IMG/VR virus record: IMGVR_UViG_3300032212_000037
Coordinates: 1-42,324 of that record
Source: a virus
Taxonomy: Duplodnaviria > Caudoviricetes
DNA: 42,324 bases
Reading direction: 5' to 3' (one strand)
The notes under the pieces were generated by a model that saw nothing but the letters and a program-made list of their open reading frames with translations, made no database searches and was not told where the DNA came from. Positions 1 to 8,289 of this stretch are shown here, one piece after another (positions within the stretch are counted from its first letter, which is position 1; every line of letters starts with the position of its first letter). The position numbers and the translations under genes are program-made.

Positions 1-127
1 TCGGCTACGGCGCCGCCTTCTTGCTCGGGGGCATGGCCTTCCTCATGGCGAGGCCGCCCGAGATCGTGGTCGAGCCGGGTCCAACCGTCGTCCGCGTGCT
101 CCCTTCACACAACCTCGACCCGTGGCG
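1..127. repeat. Terminal direct repeat, identical to 42198-42324 (circular assembly overlap)
   Basis: tcggctacgg...aacctcgacccgtggcg occurs at both ends; a gene reads through the junction; 127 is a common assembler k-mer length. Confidence 0.95.
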
Positions 128-252
128 AGTCACCCTCGAATGGTCAGACGGCACGCTCGACCGGCGAGAAGTGTCGAAGATGCACCTGGCCGACGAGGCC
201 GGCGTGATCGTGAGGTTCGAGAGATAGCCAGCCCCCAACAACGGGACCCCCT

Positions 253-822
253 ATGTACGCACTGATTCTGACCGCCCTCGCTTCGCCCGTTCCGATCGTC
301 ACCCCGACGCTGGACCTGGCAGAGGTTCGCACTCCCTCCGCAATCGCCGCCGAGGTCGACGCACTGCTCGACCCGGGAGACTGCCTGACGCTCGAAGAGA
401 TGCAGAGCATCGTCGCAGGGGTCGACTGGATGGCCGAGGTCCCGTGCCCCTGCGCTTTCCAGGTCGCGTGGCTCCAGTGCGGACCGGGGTCTACCGAGAC
501 CTGGGCCGGTTGCCTAGACTTCCTGAACGAGCAGCTCGCCGCCACCCGTATCGCGCTGATGGGCGAGTGCCTCGACGCCGCGGACGGTCTGGCCGACCGC
601 GCGATCGAGCTATTCGAGGCTGCAGCCGCCGAGCTCATCCTCTGGTGCGAGGGGACTTCCGGCGCATCAATCTCCGAAGAGGACGTTCTCGGCCTGATGG
701 ACGACGCGATCGACCAGGCCTGGCGGGAAGTGTGCGTCATCCGCGACGCCATCGAAGCCGAGTATCTCGACGCCGCCGCCCAAGCCATGCTCGCCGTGAA
801 CGACTGTTGCGAGCCTCTCTGA
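253..822 (+). CDS. Acidic Cys-rich hypothetical protein with signal-peptide-like N-terminus
   Basis: 189 aa; MYALILTALA; 10 Cys; TGATG coupling to next gene. Confidence 0.7.
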   Translation: MYALILTALASPVPIVTPTLDLAEVRTPSAIAAEVDALLDPGDCLTLEEMQSIVAGVDWMAEVPCPCAFQVAWLQCGPGSTETWAGCLDFLNEQLAATRIALMGECLDAADGLADRAIELFEAAAAELILWCEGTSGASISEEDVLGLMDDAIDQAWREVCVIRDAIEAEYLDAAAQAMLAVNDCCEPL

Positions 823-998
823 TGGAGGGCCCCGTCAAGTGCTGGGCGCTCCCCGATCCGTTCGCGGCTTTCGCTGATCGAGAGACCGCCCGGGGGGCTA
901 GCCTCGACCATGAGGAGCCGGCTGAGGGGGTCTGGGTGCCGCTCGAGGAGTGGGCCCGACTGCAGGGCCAGGCCCGTGAGAACCGGGAAAAGCCTTGA
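822..998 (+). CDS. Hypothetical protein (58 aa)
   Basis: ATG overlaps upstream TGA; MEGPVKCWALP... Confidence 0.55.
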   Translation: MEGPVKCWALPDPFAAFADRETARGASLDHEEPAEGVWVPLEEWARLQGQARENREKP

Positions 999-1058
999 CG
1001 GATCCAGGCTGATATGCTTGGCTCGGCACGCCTGAGCTGAGCCCTGTTTCGCCAAACC

Positions 1059-1400
1059 ATGCAGAAGACCGATAGAACGAGCACCGGCCAGTTCGTCAAG
1101 GGGCAAAGCGGGAACCCTGGGGGCCGCCCCAAGTTCTCGATCCGGCCCCTGATCCGCGAATACATGGAGGGCGCCGAGGAGCTCGCGCCCGGGGAGGTGC
1201 GCCAGCGGGCAGCCCTGCTGATCGAGAGGGCCTATCAGATCGCGCTCAACGCGGATCCTGGAGATTCGCTGCGCGCTATCCAGTGGCTTGTGGAGCAATC
1301 AGACGGAAAGCTGGCCCAGGCCGTCAACGTGGATGGACCTGGGGGCGGAGTCATCATCAGGATGACCGACGCGCCAACAGAGCCAGCCTCCGACAACTAG
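1059..1400 (+). CDS. terS: Terminase small subunit-like protein (DUF5681-type)
   Basis: GQFVKGQSGNPGGRPK motif typical of DUF5681/small terminases; lies upstream of terL. Confidence 0.75.
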   Translation: MQKTDRTSTGQFVKGQSGNPGGRPKFSIRPLIREYMEGAEELAPGEVRQRAALLIERAYQIALNADPGDSLRAIQWLVEQSDGKLAQAVNVDGPGGGVIIRMTDAPTEPASDN

Positions 1401-1426
1401 GGCGCGAGCCCGCAACGGGAGAGAAC

Positions 1427-1927
1427 ATGAGCGCAACAGTAGGGCTGGAGATCCCGCACGACGAGATCCCGGGCAAGGCGAGACGGCAGATGATCGAGTT
1501 TGCCGAGCAAGGCGGCGGTGTGAGCCTGGAGGCTTACCGCGACGTGGTTCGGCATCGGGACTCACTCATCGAAGAGATCGATGACGCGTTGCAGGGCGTC
1601 GACAGCCTGCAAGGGATCGAGGGGGTCCGGCGGCTCATCGAGGGCTTTGAGGCAACGCGGCTCAAACTCATCAAGGAGATCGAGGGCCTGCGCAAGGAGT
1701 ACAACCGAGCCAAGCTGCGGCTCGACCAGACCCTGAGCCCGGAGCGTGGCGTGGACAAGCCGATCACGATGGCGGCTGTGGTGCGGTTGGCCGAGGAGAC
1801 CGCTATCCGGCAGGCGCTCGCGTCGACCGACACAGCCCAAGCTGCCGCCGCTGCGCTGGAGATCGGGAGCACGACCCTCTATCGCAAGATGGAGGAGTAC
1901 GGCATTCCGAGTGGGGTGGATAGGTGA
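1427..1927 (+). CDS. Coiled-coil protein with C-terminal Fis-type HTH
   Basis: EETAIRQAL...AAAALEIGSTTLYRKMEEYGI matches the Fis/NtrC C-terminal HTH pattern; GGAGAG before ATG 1427. Confidence 0.8.
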   Translation: MSATVGLEIPHDEIPGKARRQMIEFAEQGGGVSLEAYRDVVRHRDSLIEEIDDALQGVDSLQGIEGVRRLIEGFEATRLKLIKEIEGLRKEYNRAKLRLDQTLSPERGVDKPITMAAVVRLAEETAIRQALASTDTAQAAAAALEIGSTTLYRKMEEYGIPSGVDR

Positions 1928-2199
1928 GCAAGCGCAACCCCGCCCTAGCCGCCCTGGCAGCCGCCAGGAGGGACTCCCCGCCCGTCAAGAGCCGCAGGTC
2001 CGTTCTCGACCGCGATGACGTGAACGAGCTGCTGGAGGACTGGATGAAGGCGAAGGCTAAGGGCGCTGCCCAGGGCGAATCCTTCGCCTGGATGGCGGAC
2101 AAGGTGCTGCCCAAGCTCAAGGTCAAGACCACGGCCGGCAACCTGCGGCTGTACTGCCGGGGGCGGTGGCCGGACCTTTACGAGCGGGTGGCGGGGTGA
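1924..2199 (+). CDS. Small basic hypothetical protein, probable paralog of 6752..6976
   Basis: Overlapping start/stop with neighbours; shared R(W/F)PxLY C-terminus. Confidence 0.7.
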   Translation: MSKRNPALAALAAARRDSPPVKSRRSVLDRDDVNELLEDWMKAKAKGAAQGESFAWMADKVLPKLKVKTTAGNLRLYCRGRWPDLYERVAG

Positions 2200-3275
2200 C
2201 CGGCAAGCGATCGAAGAGGGCTCTGGCGGACGCTCGCAAGGAGACCGGGGTCGAGAGGAGCCAGCGCGAGATCGACCCTGCCAAGATCAAGCGCAAGCTG
2301 CGGGGCGAGGGCTCATCCGTGCTGGAGCTGTGCGATATCTTCGACGCAACGCCCAGCCGGGTCCGCGAGTCTCTGCGGCAGCTAAGAGAGCGCGGGGTGA
2401 TGCTCGGTCGCAATGGTGACCACTTCTTCCTCTCCAGCGTGCCTAAGGGCCCGAGCCCTCACGTCCTTGAGTCTACCCCCGATGGCTTCTACCGGGTCGG
2501 GCTGATCTCAGACACGCACCTGGGCTCCACGGCCTGCCGGTACGACGTGCTGGAGGATGCCTACGACTGGTTCGCAGCCGAGGGCATCACGCACGTCTAC
2601 GGGGCCGGCAACTGGATCGAGGGCATCGACAAGGGCCGCATCGGCTACGCGGAGCTCGAGCCGGGCTGTGCGACGTGGGACGGCCAGATGCGCAACTTCC
2701 TGGAGCGATACCCCCAGCGCGACGGCGTGACCTCGTACTGGGTTTCGGGCGCCGACCATGAAGGGTGGCTCCAGAAGAAGGAGGGCATCGACGTGGGGCG
2801 CTGGATGGAGGACTCGGCCAAGCAAGCGGGGCGCGAGGATCTGGTGAGCCTTGGCTACGCCCAGGCGTTCATCCGCCTCCAGCGCCACGGGAAGCCGCGC
2901 AGCTCAGCGAAGATGCTGATTCAGCACCCAGGCGGCGGCTCGTCTTACGCCTACTCCTACGCGCCCCAGAAGCGAATCGAATCCGCGCAGCCTGGCGAGA
3001 AGCCCGCCGTTTGGGTCTTTGGGCACTGGCACAAGTCGGGCTACTTCAACGCTCGTGGAGTCCACGCGATCCTGTGCCCGAGCACGAAGGATCAGGACGT
3101 GTTCCACATGCAGAAGGGGCTCGACAGCCACGTTGGCTGCATCATCCTGGAGATGCGCCAGGACGAGCGCGGGGCGATCTATGAGGTCACCCCCCGGATT
3201 CGTCGGCACTTCGACAGGGGCTACTACAATCACCAGTACGAGCTGCCCAGTGGGGCGAAGAAGGAGCGGGCGTGA
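2196..3275 (+). CDS. Calcineurin-like metallophosphoesterase with N-terminal HTH-like region
   Basis: GLISDTHLG, AGNWIEG, GADHE, H-P-GGG and FGHWH motifs; GTGA overlap start. Confidence 0.85.
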   Translation: MTGKRSKRALADARKETGVERSQREIDPAKIKRKLRGEGSSVLELCDIFDATPSRVRESLRQLRERGVMLGRNGDHFFLSSVPKGPSPHVLESTPDGFYRVGLISDTHLGSTACRYDVLEDAYDWFAAEGITHVYGAGNWIEGIDKGRIGYAELEPGCATWDGQMRNFLERYPQRDGVTSYWVSGADHEGWLQKKEGIDVGRWMEDSAKQAGREDLVSLGYAQAFIRLQRHGKPRSSAKMLIQHPGGGSSYAYSYAPQKRIESAQPGEKPAVWVFGHWHKSGYFNARGVHAILCPSTKDQDVFHMQKGLDSHVGCIILEMRQDERGAIYEVTPRIRRHFDRGYYNHQYELPSGAKKERA

Positions 3276-3484
3276 GGGCTCGGAGGGTGGCCACGCTGGA
3301 GGCTTGGGCGCTGGCGCGGCTCAAGAATAGGATCATCCTCGACGAGGCTGCGGCCGCCGTCGAGCGAGCCGAGACAGCTAGAGAGGGCGAGGGCGCCGAG
3401 GGGGACCTCACGTGGGAGGTCGAGCCAGGCGGGACTGTCGCGTACTACATGGACGACGACGACGAGGACGAGGGCGAGTCGTGA
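3272..3484 (+). CDS. Hypothetical protein with acidic tail
   Basis: 70 aa; GTGA-coupled on both sides. Confidence 0.6.
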   Translation: MRARRVATLEAWALARLKNRIILDEAAAAVERAETAREGEGAEGDLTWEVEPGGTVAYYMDDDDEDEGES

Positions 3485-3708
3485 CCAACCCCGAACCCTT
3501 CTGCCGATTCTGCGGCCGGGCCGGCGTCGACCTCACGCGGACCTCTGAGCTGGGCGCTGATCGGGTGGAGTGGGAGTGCTCGAAGCGGGACTGGGTGTGC
3601 CTAGGCGCTGAGAGTTCGCTACGGGCCGCTCTAGACAGCCTTGGCGCCGCCCTAAGCCCTGAGCCCCGGCCCGGCTCCTGGGCGGAGTGGCGTCGGTACA
3701 GGCCATGA
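3481..3708 (+). CDS. Small putative zinc-binding protein
   Basis: CRFC...CSKRDWVC; GTG 3481 overlaps upstream stop. Confidence 0.55.
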   Translation: MTNPEPFCRFCGRAGVDLTRTSELGADRVEWECSKRDWVCLGAESSLRAALDSLGAALSPEPRPGSWAEWRRYRP

Positions 3709-4016
3709 CCCTCCGCGCCATGCTCCGCACCCTGCGCTCCGAGGCGGCCCCCGTGCTGCCCGTGACGGTGCGCCGGGAAGACCTCAAGCGGGGCAGGCTC
3801 TACGGCTACTGCCGGCTTTCCAGCGACAGGAGCCGCTTCCACATCGGCCTAGCAGCGGACCTCACCGGGGACCGGCTGGCCGAGTACCTGTGCCACGAAT
3901 GGGCGCACGCGATGGCCTGGACCGAAGGGCGGCAGGTCGAAGAACACGACGGGCAATGGGGAGCGGCGTACGCGCGCTGTTACTCCCTGATCTTCAAACC
4001 GGATGAGAGGGCGTGA
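3705..4016 (+). CDS. Minimal HEXXH zinc metallopeptidase (SprT/ImmA-like)
   Basis: LCHEWAHA...EEHDGQW gives HEXXH plus a downstream third His. Confidence 0.75.
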   Translation: MTLRAMLRTLRSEAAPVLPVTVRREDLKRGRLYGYCRLSSDRSRFHIGLAADLTGDRLAEYLCHEWAHAMAWTEGRQVEEHDGQWGAAYARCYSLIFKPDERA

Positions 4017-4270
4017 TGATCGAGTATTGGATGGTGGATGGGTTCGCGGTGGCTTCTATCGTAATCGCCGTGATGTTGGGCGTGGCTTTGATCCTTGGGT
4101 GGATATCCGTGCTCGTCGAGTGGGACGCCAAGCCGTGCGCTGTGGCTGCGATGCTGGCCGCGACCGCGCTTGAGGCTGGACTCATCCTGGCAGCTTGCTT
4201 CGCTGTCAAATACGTGGAGCACCACGCCCCCGCCGAGCCGGCCGCTGCCGTCATCGAGGCCGACCAATGA
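4013..4270 (+). CDS. Two-TM membrane protein
   Basis: Two hydrophobic stretches in 85 aa. Confidence 0.65.
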   Translation: MMIEYWMVDGFAVASIVIAVMLGVALILGWISVLVEWDAKPCAVAAMLAATALEAGLILAACFAVKYVEHHAPAEPAAAVIEADQ

Positions 4271-6345
4271 ACTGGACCGGAACGACCTACTGGCCCGAAG
4301 CCGACAAGGGGCAGCCCCTATGGGCCGTGATCCCAGCGCCCGCGAGCGAGGAGCCTCTCTCCATCGAAGTCGAGGGCCTCGAGCGGCTCCAGGTCGAGCC
4401 GTGGAAGCGGACGGCGGACGGGAGGATCCACAGCTACCGGATCTGCGGCATCGACACGGGCGAGGTCATCGGAGACCGCGAGGTCACGGTGTCGACCGAT
4501 GGCCCCAAGCCGCCCCCGCTCAAGGCCGTTCCGCACGCCGACATCGGACAGCTCTTGTTCGGCCTCAGGCTGCGCACCGAAGGCGTCGACCACACCGAGA
4601 CGCGCCAGGTCTTCGCGGCGGGCGGGAAGCAGCTGGCATGGGGCCCGTCCGAGATCGCCTACCAGTGGTCGGGCAAGCTGCTGGCGGACGACAAGCTGGG
4701 GACCGCGAACTACACCGCGATCGCGACGACGTGGCATAACGCGCCCTTCGTGCAGCTCGATCTCCTGATCCACAACGCCAACTGGCGGGAGATGAAGGGG
4801 GATTTCTGGTTCCGCGCGCTGGGCCTGGAGGTTCCCGACGGGTGGGAGGCGTCCGCAGAGGCCCTCTACGATGGCGCCCCGCAACTCGCCCACGTCCTGC
4901 CGATGCAGCAGGGCAAGATGTTCCGGCTGATGCTGTGGAGCGATTCGCTGGAGTCGCCGCCCGTCCTCTACGCCGGCCAGCTCGACGCCGACCCCGAAGG
5001 CATCTCCTGGGCCAACCCGTTCTGCCGTGGGTATCTGCCGCAGGGGGTCCCGGTGGACTGGCCCGGTAGCAGCTTCGACGAGGGGGACCTTCCCCCTGGG
5101 TTCGGTGCGTACGCTCCGACCGATGGCACCTACGGCGCTATGGGAAGCTCCGAGGGGGTGGAGCCCTACGGATACGTGGGGGCGGCGCTCTGGGGCGAGA
5201 CTGGGTCACTGGAGGAGCTCCAGTCGAGCATCCTCGACCGCCAGCCTTCCCTGCTGATCGACCACACGGGGAAGTTCATCAACTGCGTCGAGTACGCCGA
5301 GGACGGCTGGCTCCCGTGGAACTTCTACATCAACCCGATGGGGCGCGGGGTGCAGTCCCCCGGCATCGCCAACGGGTCGCAGTCCTGGCACTACAGCGGC
5401 GACCCGTTCGGGTTCGGCGACCCGAAGCAGCCGGGGCAAGCCTACGCCAACAAGAACGGCCTGGTGTGCCCGTACCTGGCTCCGCTGTTGAGCTACGGGG
5501 CCTACGATCGCCAGCACTTCATGCGGGCCTTGCGCGCGACCCTGCCGCTGGCCTACATCTGCGGGGATCGGATGTCGGTCTACCTGCTCCAGGAGCACGC
5601 ATGTTCCGCTCGAGCGGAGTTCTGGGAAGGCGAGGGCGACCAGTGGAAGGCCCGCGTGGGCTTCTACGCCAAGCAGGTCGGCCAGCACCCGAATCAGGGC
5701 GTGGCGCTCGGTCGCGAGGATGCCTGGGCCCTCCAGACCGTCATGGCCGCTTGTGAGCTGTCGCCGGCTGGCTTTCACAATCAGTTCAACGGGTGGCTGC
5801 GCGACTACGGGGAGGCCATCTACACAGGCCAGGCTCCTCACGGCCTCGTCCAGGCGCTCGACAACGGCAAGGAGCTGGATACGTGGGCGGGCGCCTACGC
5901 CGTATGTCAGGGCTACCAGGAGGACATGCTGGCGAAGGCATCGGCGGGCCTCTGGGCTCACTGGGGCCTCCAGATTCCGGGCGGGACGATCCTGGAACAG
6001 TGCCGCGCCATCCGCGACATGCACGGGGCCAATCCCAACTACAAGGTGCCGACCCGCGTCATGCAATGGGGCGAGGTGCTGAACAAGTCGGACGCCGCCG
6101 AGCTCGCGGACGACTCGCAGCAGATTGCGGAGTTCGTGCCGAGCCTGATCGTCACGGCGCTGATGCAGTACGCCAACGACGAGGGCGAGCGCGGGTGGCT
6201 TCTGGAGTGGCTCGCCCAGGTCCTCGGCGTGGACTCAGTGGCTGCACTACGGGACTGGGAGCCGAGCGATAACCAGAGTGATCGCATGTTCGCCAGCGTG
6301 CCGCCCGCGATTGCGTGGCTGGACATGGCGGGGGTGCTGGAATGA
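4267..6345 (+). CDS. Large hypothetical protein (692 aa), aromatic-rich, possibly a carbohydrate-active enzyme
   Basis: ATGA coupling at both ends; strong GC3 bias; many W/Y/D/H residues; function not recognised. Confidence 0.8.
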   Translation: MNWTGTTYWPEADKGQPLWAVIPAPASEEPLSIEVEGLERLQVEPWKRTADGRIHSYRICGIDTGEVIGDREVTVSTDGPKPPPLKAVPHADIGQLLFGLRLRTEGVDHTETRQVFAAGGKQLAWGPSEIAYQWSGKLLADDKLGTANYTAIATTWHNAPFVQLDLLIHNANWREMKGDFWFRALGLEVPDGWEASAEALYDGAPQLAHVLPMQQGKMFRLMLWSDSLESPPVLYAGQLDADPEGISWANPFCRGYLPQGVPVDWPGSSFDEGDLPPGFGAYAPTDGTYGAMGSSEGVEPYGYVGAALWGETGSLEELQSSILDRQPSLLIDHTGKFINCVEYAEDGWLPWNFYINPMGRGVQSPGIANGSQSWHYSGDPFGFGDPKQPGQAYANKNGLVCPYLAPLLSYGAYDRQHFMRALRATLPLAYICGDRMSVYLLQEHACSARAEFWEGEGDQWKARVGFYAKQVGQHPNQGVALGREDAWALQTVMAACELSPAGFHNQFNGWLRDYGEAIYTGQAPHGLVQALDNGKELDTWAGAYAVCQGYQEDMLAKASAGLWAHWGLQIPGGTILEQCRAIRDMHGANPNYKVPTRVMQWGEVLNKSDAAELADDSQQIAEFVPSLIVTALMQYANDEGERGWLLEWLAQVLGVDSVAALRDWEPSDNQSDRMFASVPPAIAWLDMAGVLE

Positions 6346-6605
6346 TCGGTTTCATTCAAGCCACGCGAAAGCGCGCCGAGGGGAATCGCGCGCGGTTAGC
6401 TGCCCGGGTGTGCCTGCGCTGCGCCGCAGAGCACTCGGTCCCGCTGCGTAAGCTGGGCCCGCTCGATGCGCCGCTGCGGTCCTACTGCCAAGCCTGCGTC
6501 CGATCTGGCGATACGTACATGACGGCACGATGCGCGAGAAGGCGCCGCGAGGAGGACCTTCAGCGCAAGCAACTGGAGGCCCGGATTGTCTGGCTGGACG
6601 TGTAA
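6342..6605 (+). CDS. Putative zinc-finger protein
   Basis: CLRC...CQAC. Confidence 0.55.
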   Translation: MIGFIQATRKRAEGNRARLAARVCLRCAAEHSVPLRKLGPLDAPLRSYCQACVRSGDTYMTARCARRRREEDLQRKQLEARIVWLDV

Positions 6606-6751
6606 TGACGCCCGCCCCCCAAGTCGACCGCGTAGGCGAGAAGGCCCGCCCCGAGGCTCTGAATCCGTTGCGGGAGGTGTCCGCAATCGTGTTCTGGACC
6701 CTGGTGGCGATCTCGACCATGGGGATCGTGCTGGCGAGGCTCGCAGGCTAG
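6605..6751 (+). CDS. Small protein with C-terminal TM helix (48 aa)
   Basis: TAATG coupling; VSAIVFWTLVAISTMGIVLA. Confidence 0.55.
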   Translation: MTPAPQVDRVGEKARPEALNPLREVSAIVFWTLVAISTMGIVLARLAG

Positions 6752-6976
6752 ATGCCCGGCCCGAAGTCTCAACTAGACGAGTGGCCGCACCTAGCCGAGC
6801 GGCTGGAGTTGCTCATGGCCCAGCGGATCAAGCGGCGCAAGTCTGGCCTGTCCGAGCTGACGTGGGCCGTGATCTTCCGGCGCATGGGGGATAGCGGCTG
6901 CACGTTGAGCGCGCGGGAGATTCGTAGGCAGGCCGAGCGGAGGTTTCCGGGGTTGTACTGGGAGGCTGGGATATGA
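6752..6976 (+). CDS. Small basic hypothetical protein, probable paralog of 1924..2199
   Basis: Abuts upstream stop; ATGA overlap with the methyltransferase. Confidence 0.65.
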   Translation: MPGPKSQLDEWPHLAERLELLMAQRIKRRKSGLSELTWAVIFRRMGDSGCTLSAREIRRQAERRFPGLYWEAGI

Positions 6977-8289
6977 CATTCGAGATCATCGTCGGCGACG
7001 TTTCCGAAGTGCTCCCCACGCTGGAGCCGGAGAGCTTCGACGCGACCCTCTGCGATCCGCCTTACGGCTTGTCGTTCATGGGGAAGGCTTGGGACCACGG
7101 CGTCCCCGCCGAGCCGGTCTGGCGCGAGGTGCTGCGCGCGCTTCGACCCGGCGCGCACCTGATCGCATTCGGCGGCACCCGCACGTTCCACCGGCTCACC
7201 TGCGCGATCGAGGATGCCGACTTCGCGATTCGGGACTGTCTCGCATGGATGTATGGGTCGGGGTTCCCGAAGTCGCTGGACGTCTCAAAGGCGATCGACA
7301 AGGCGGCGGGGGTGGAGTTTACGCCGCGTCCCGCCGAGGGCGTCGGGTTCATGCGCCCAGATGGTCGAGGCGGCTATAACCCGACGCTAAACCGACTTGA
7401 CCGAAGCGGGGAGACGACCGAGGCCGCCCACCGCTTCAACGGCTACGGCACCGCGCTAAAGCCCGCCTGGGAGCCCGCAATCCTCGCGATGAAGCCCACC
7501 GATGGCACCTTCGCGAACAACGCCACCGAGCATGGGGTGGCGGGGGTCAACGTGGACGGGGGGCGGATCGACATAGCCGACGGGGACTCGTCGGGATTCT
7601 GGAATCAGGCGAAGGCCGGAAACCCCTCGAACGGACTTCTCGCATACCGTGAAGGGTGCGAGGCCCAGGGCTACGACCGGATCCGGAAACGGCCGGAAGC
7701 GTCCGGGGCTATCCCCTCCGGCCGCTGGCCCGCAAACGTCCTGCTAGACCCCGAGGCGGCGGCGATGCTGGACGAGCAGAGTGGGGAGCTGAACGGCCGC
7801 GTCGGTATGAAGCAGCACGATAGCGGCCTCGGGAGCGCGAGCCTCGGCCGGTTTCGTCGGACGGATAGGTCGGTCGGGAGCGGCGGGGAACCCGACTCCG
7901 GCGGCGCCTCCCGCTTCTTCTACACCGCCAAGGCCAGCACCCGCGAGCGCAACGCCGGGATGCCCGAGGGCGAGACCTGCGGCCACCCGACGCTTAAGCC
8001 GGTGCGCCTGATCGAATACCTGGCGAAGCTGCTACTCCCGCCCCCGCGCGAGGACGGCAAGCCCCGCCGAATCCTCGTCCCGTTCTCCGGCGCAGGGTCG
8101 GAGGTCGCGGGCGCACTCCGCGCCGGCTGGGACGAGGTGGTCGGGGTCGAGCTGTCCGAGGAGTGCGCAGGCTGGGCGCGGAAGCGGGTTCCGGCGCTGG
8201 TGGAGATGCAGTTCAAGGAGCCCCGGCGAAAAGCTGCGGCCGAAGAGGCTGCACTAGGGGACGAAACGCCGCCACTTCCGTTTGACTGA
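6973..8289 (+). CDS. Orphan N6-adenine/N4-cytosine DNA methyltransferase (beta class)
   Basis: N-terminal DPPY catalytic motif, WMYGSGFPKS, HPTLKP, C-terminal PFSGAGS SAM-binding motif. Confidence 0.92.
   Translation: MTFEIIVGDVSEVLPTLEPESFDATLCDPPYGLSFMGKAWDHGVPAEPVWREVLRALRPGAHLIAFGGTRTFHRLTCAIEDADFAIRDCLAWMYGSGFPKSLDVSKAIDKAAGVEFTPRPAEGVGFMRPDGRGGYNPTLNRLDRSGETTEAAHRFNGYGTALKPAWEPAILAMKPTDGTFANNATEHGVAGVNVDGGRIDIADGDSSGFWNQAKAGNPSNGLLAYREGCEAQGYDRIRKRPEASGAIPSGRWPANVLLDPEAAAMLDEQSGELNGRVGMKQHDSGLGSASLGRFRRTDRSVGSGGEPDSGGASRFFYTAKASTRERNAGMPEGETCGHPTLKPVRLIEYLAKLLLPPPREDGKPRRILVPFSGAGSEVAGALRAGWDEVVGVELSEECAGWARKRVPALVEMQFKEPRRKAAAEEAALGDETPPLPFD

Noticed and set aside
1-127. Terminal repeat as a biological direct terminal repeat
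   Set aside because: Length equals a common assembler k-mer and it falls inside a gene, so it most likely reflects circular assembly
6973-8289. Methyltransferase as part of a restriction-modification system
   Set aside because: No adjacent endonuclease; orphan methyltransferases next to terminases are common in phages
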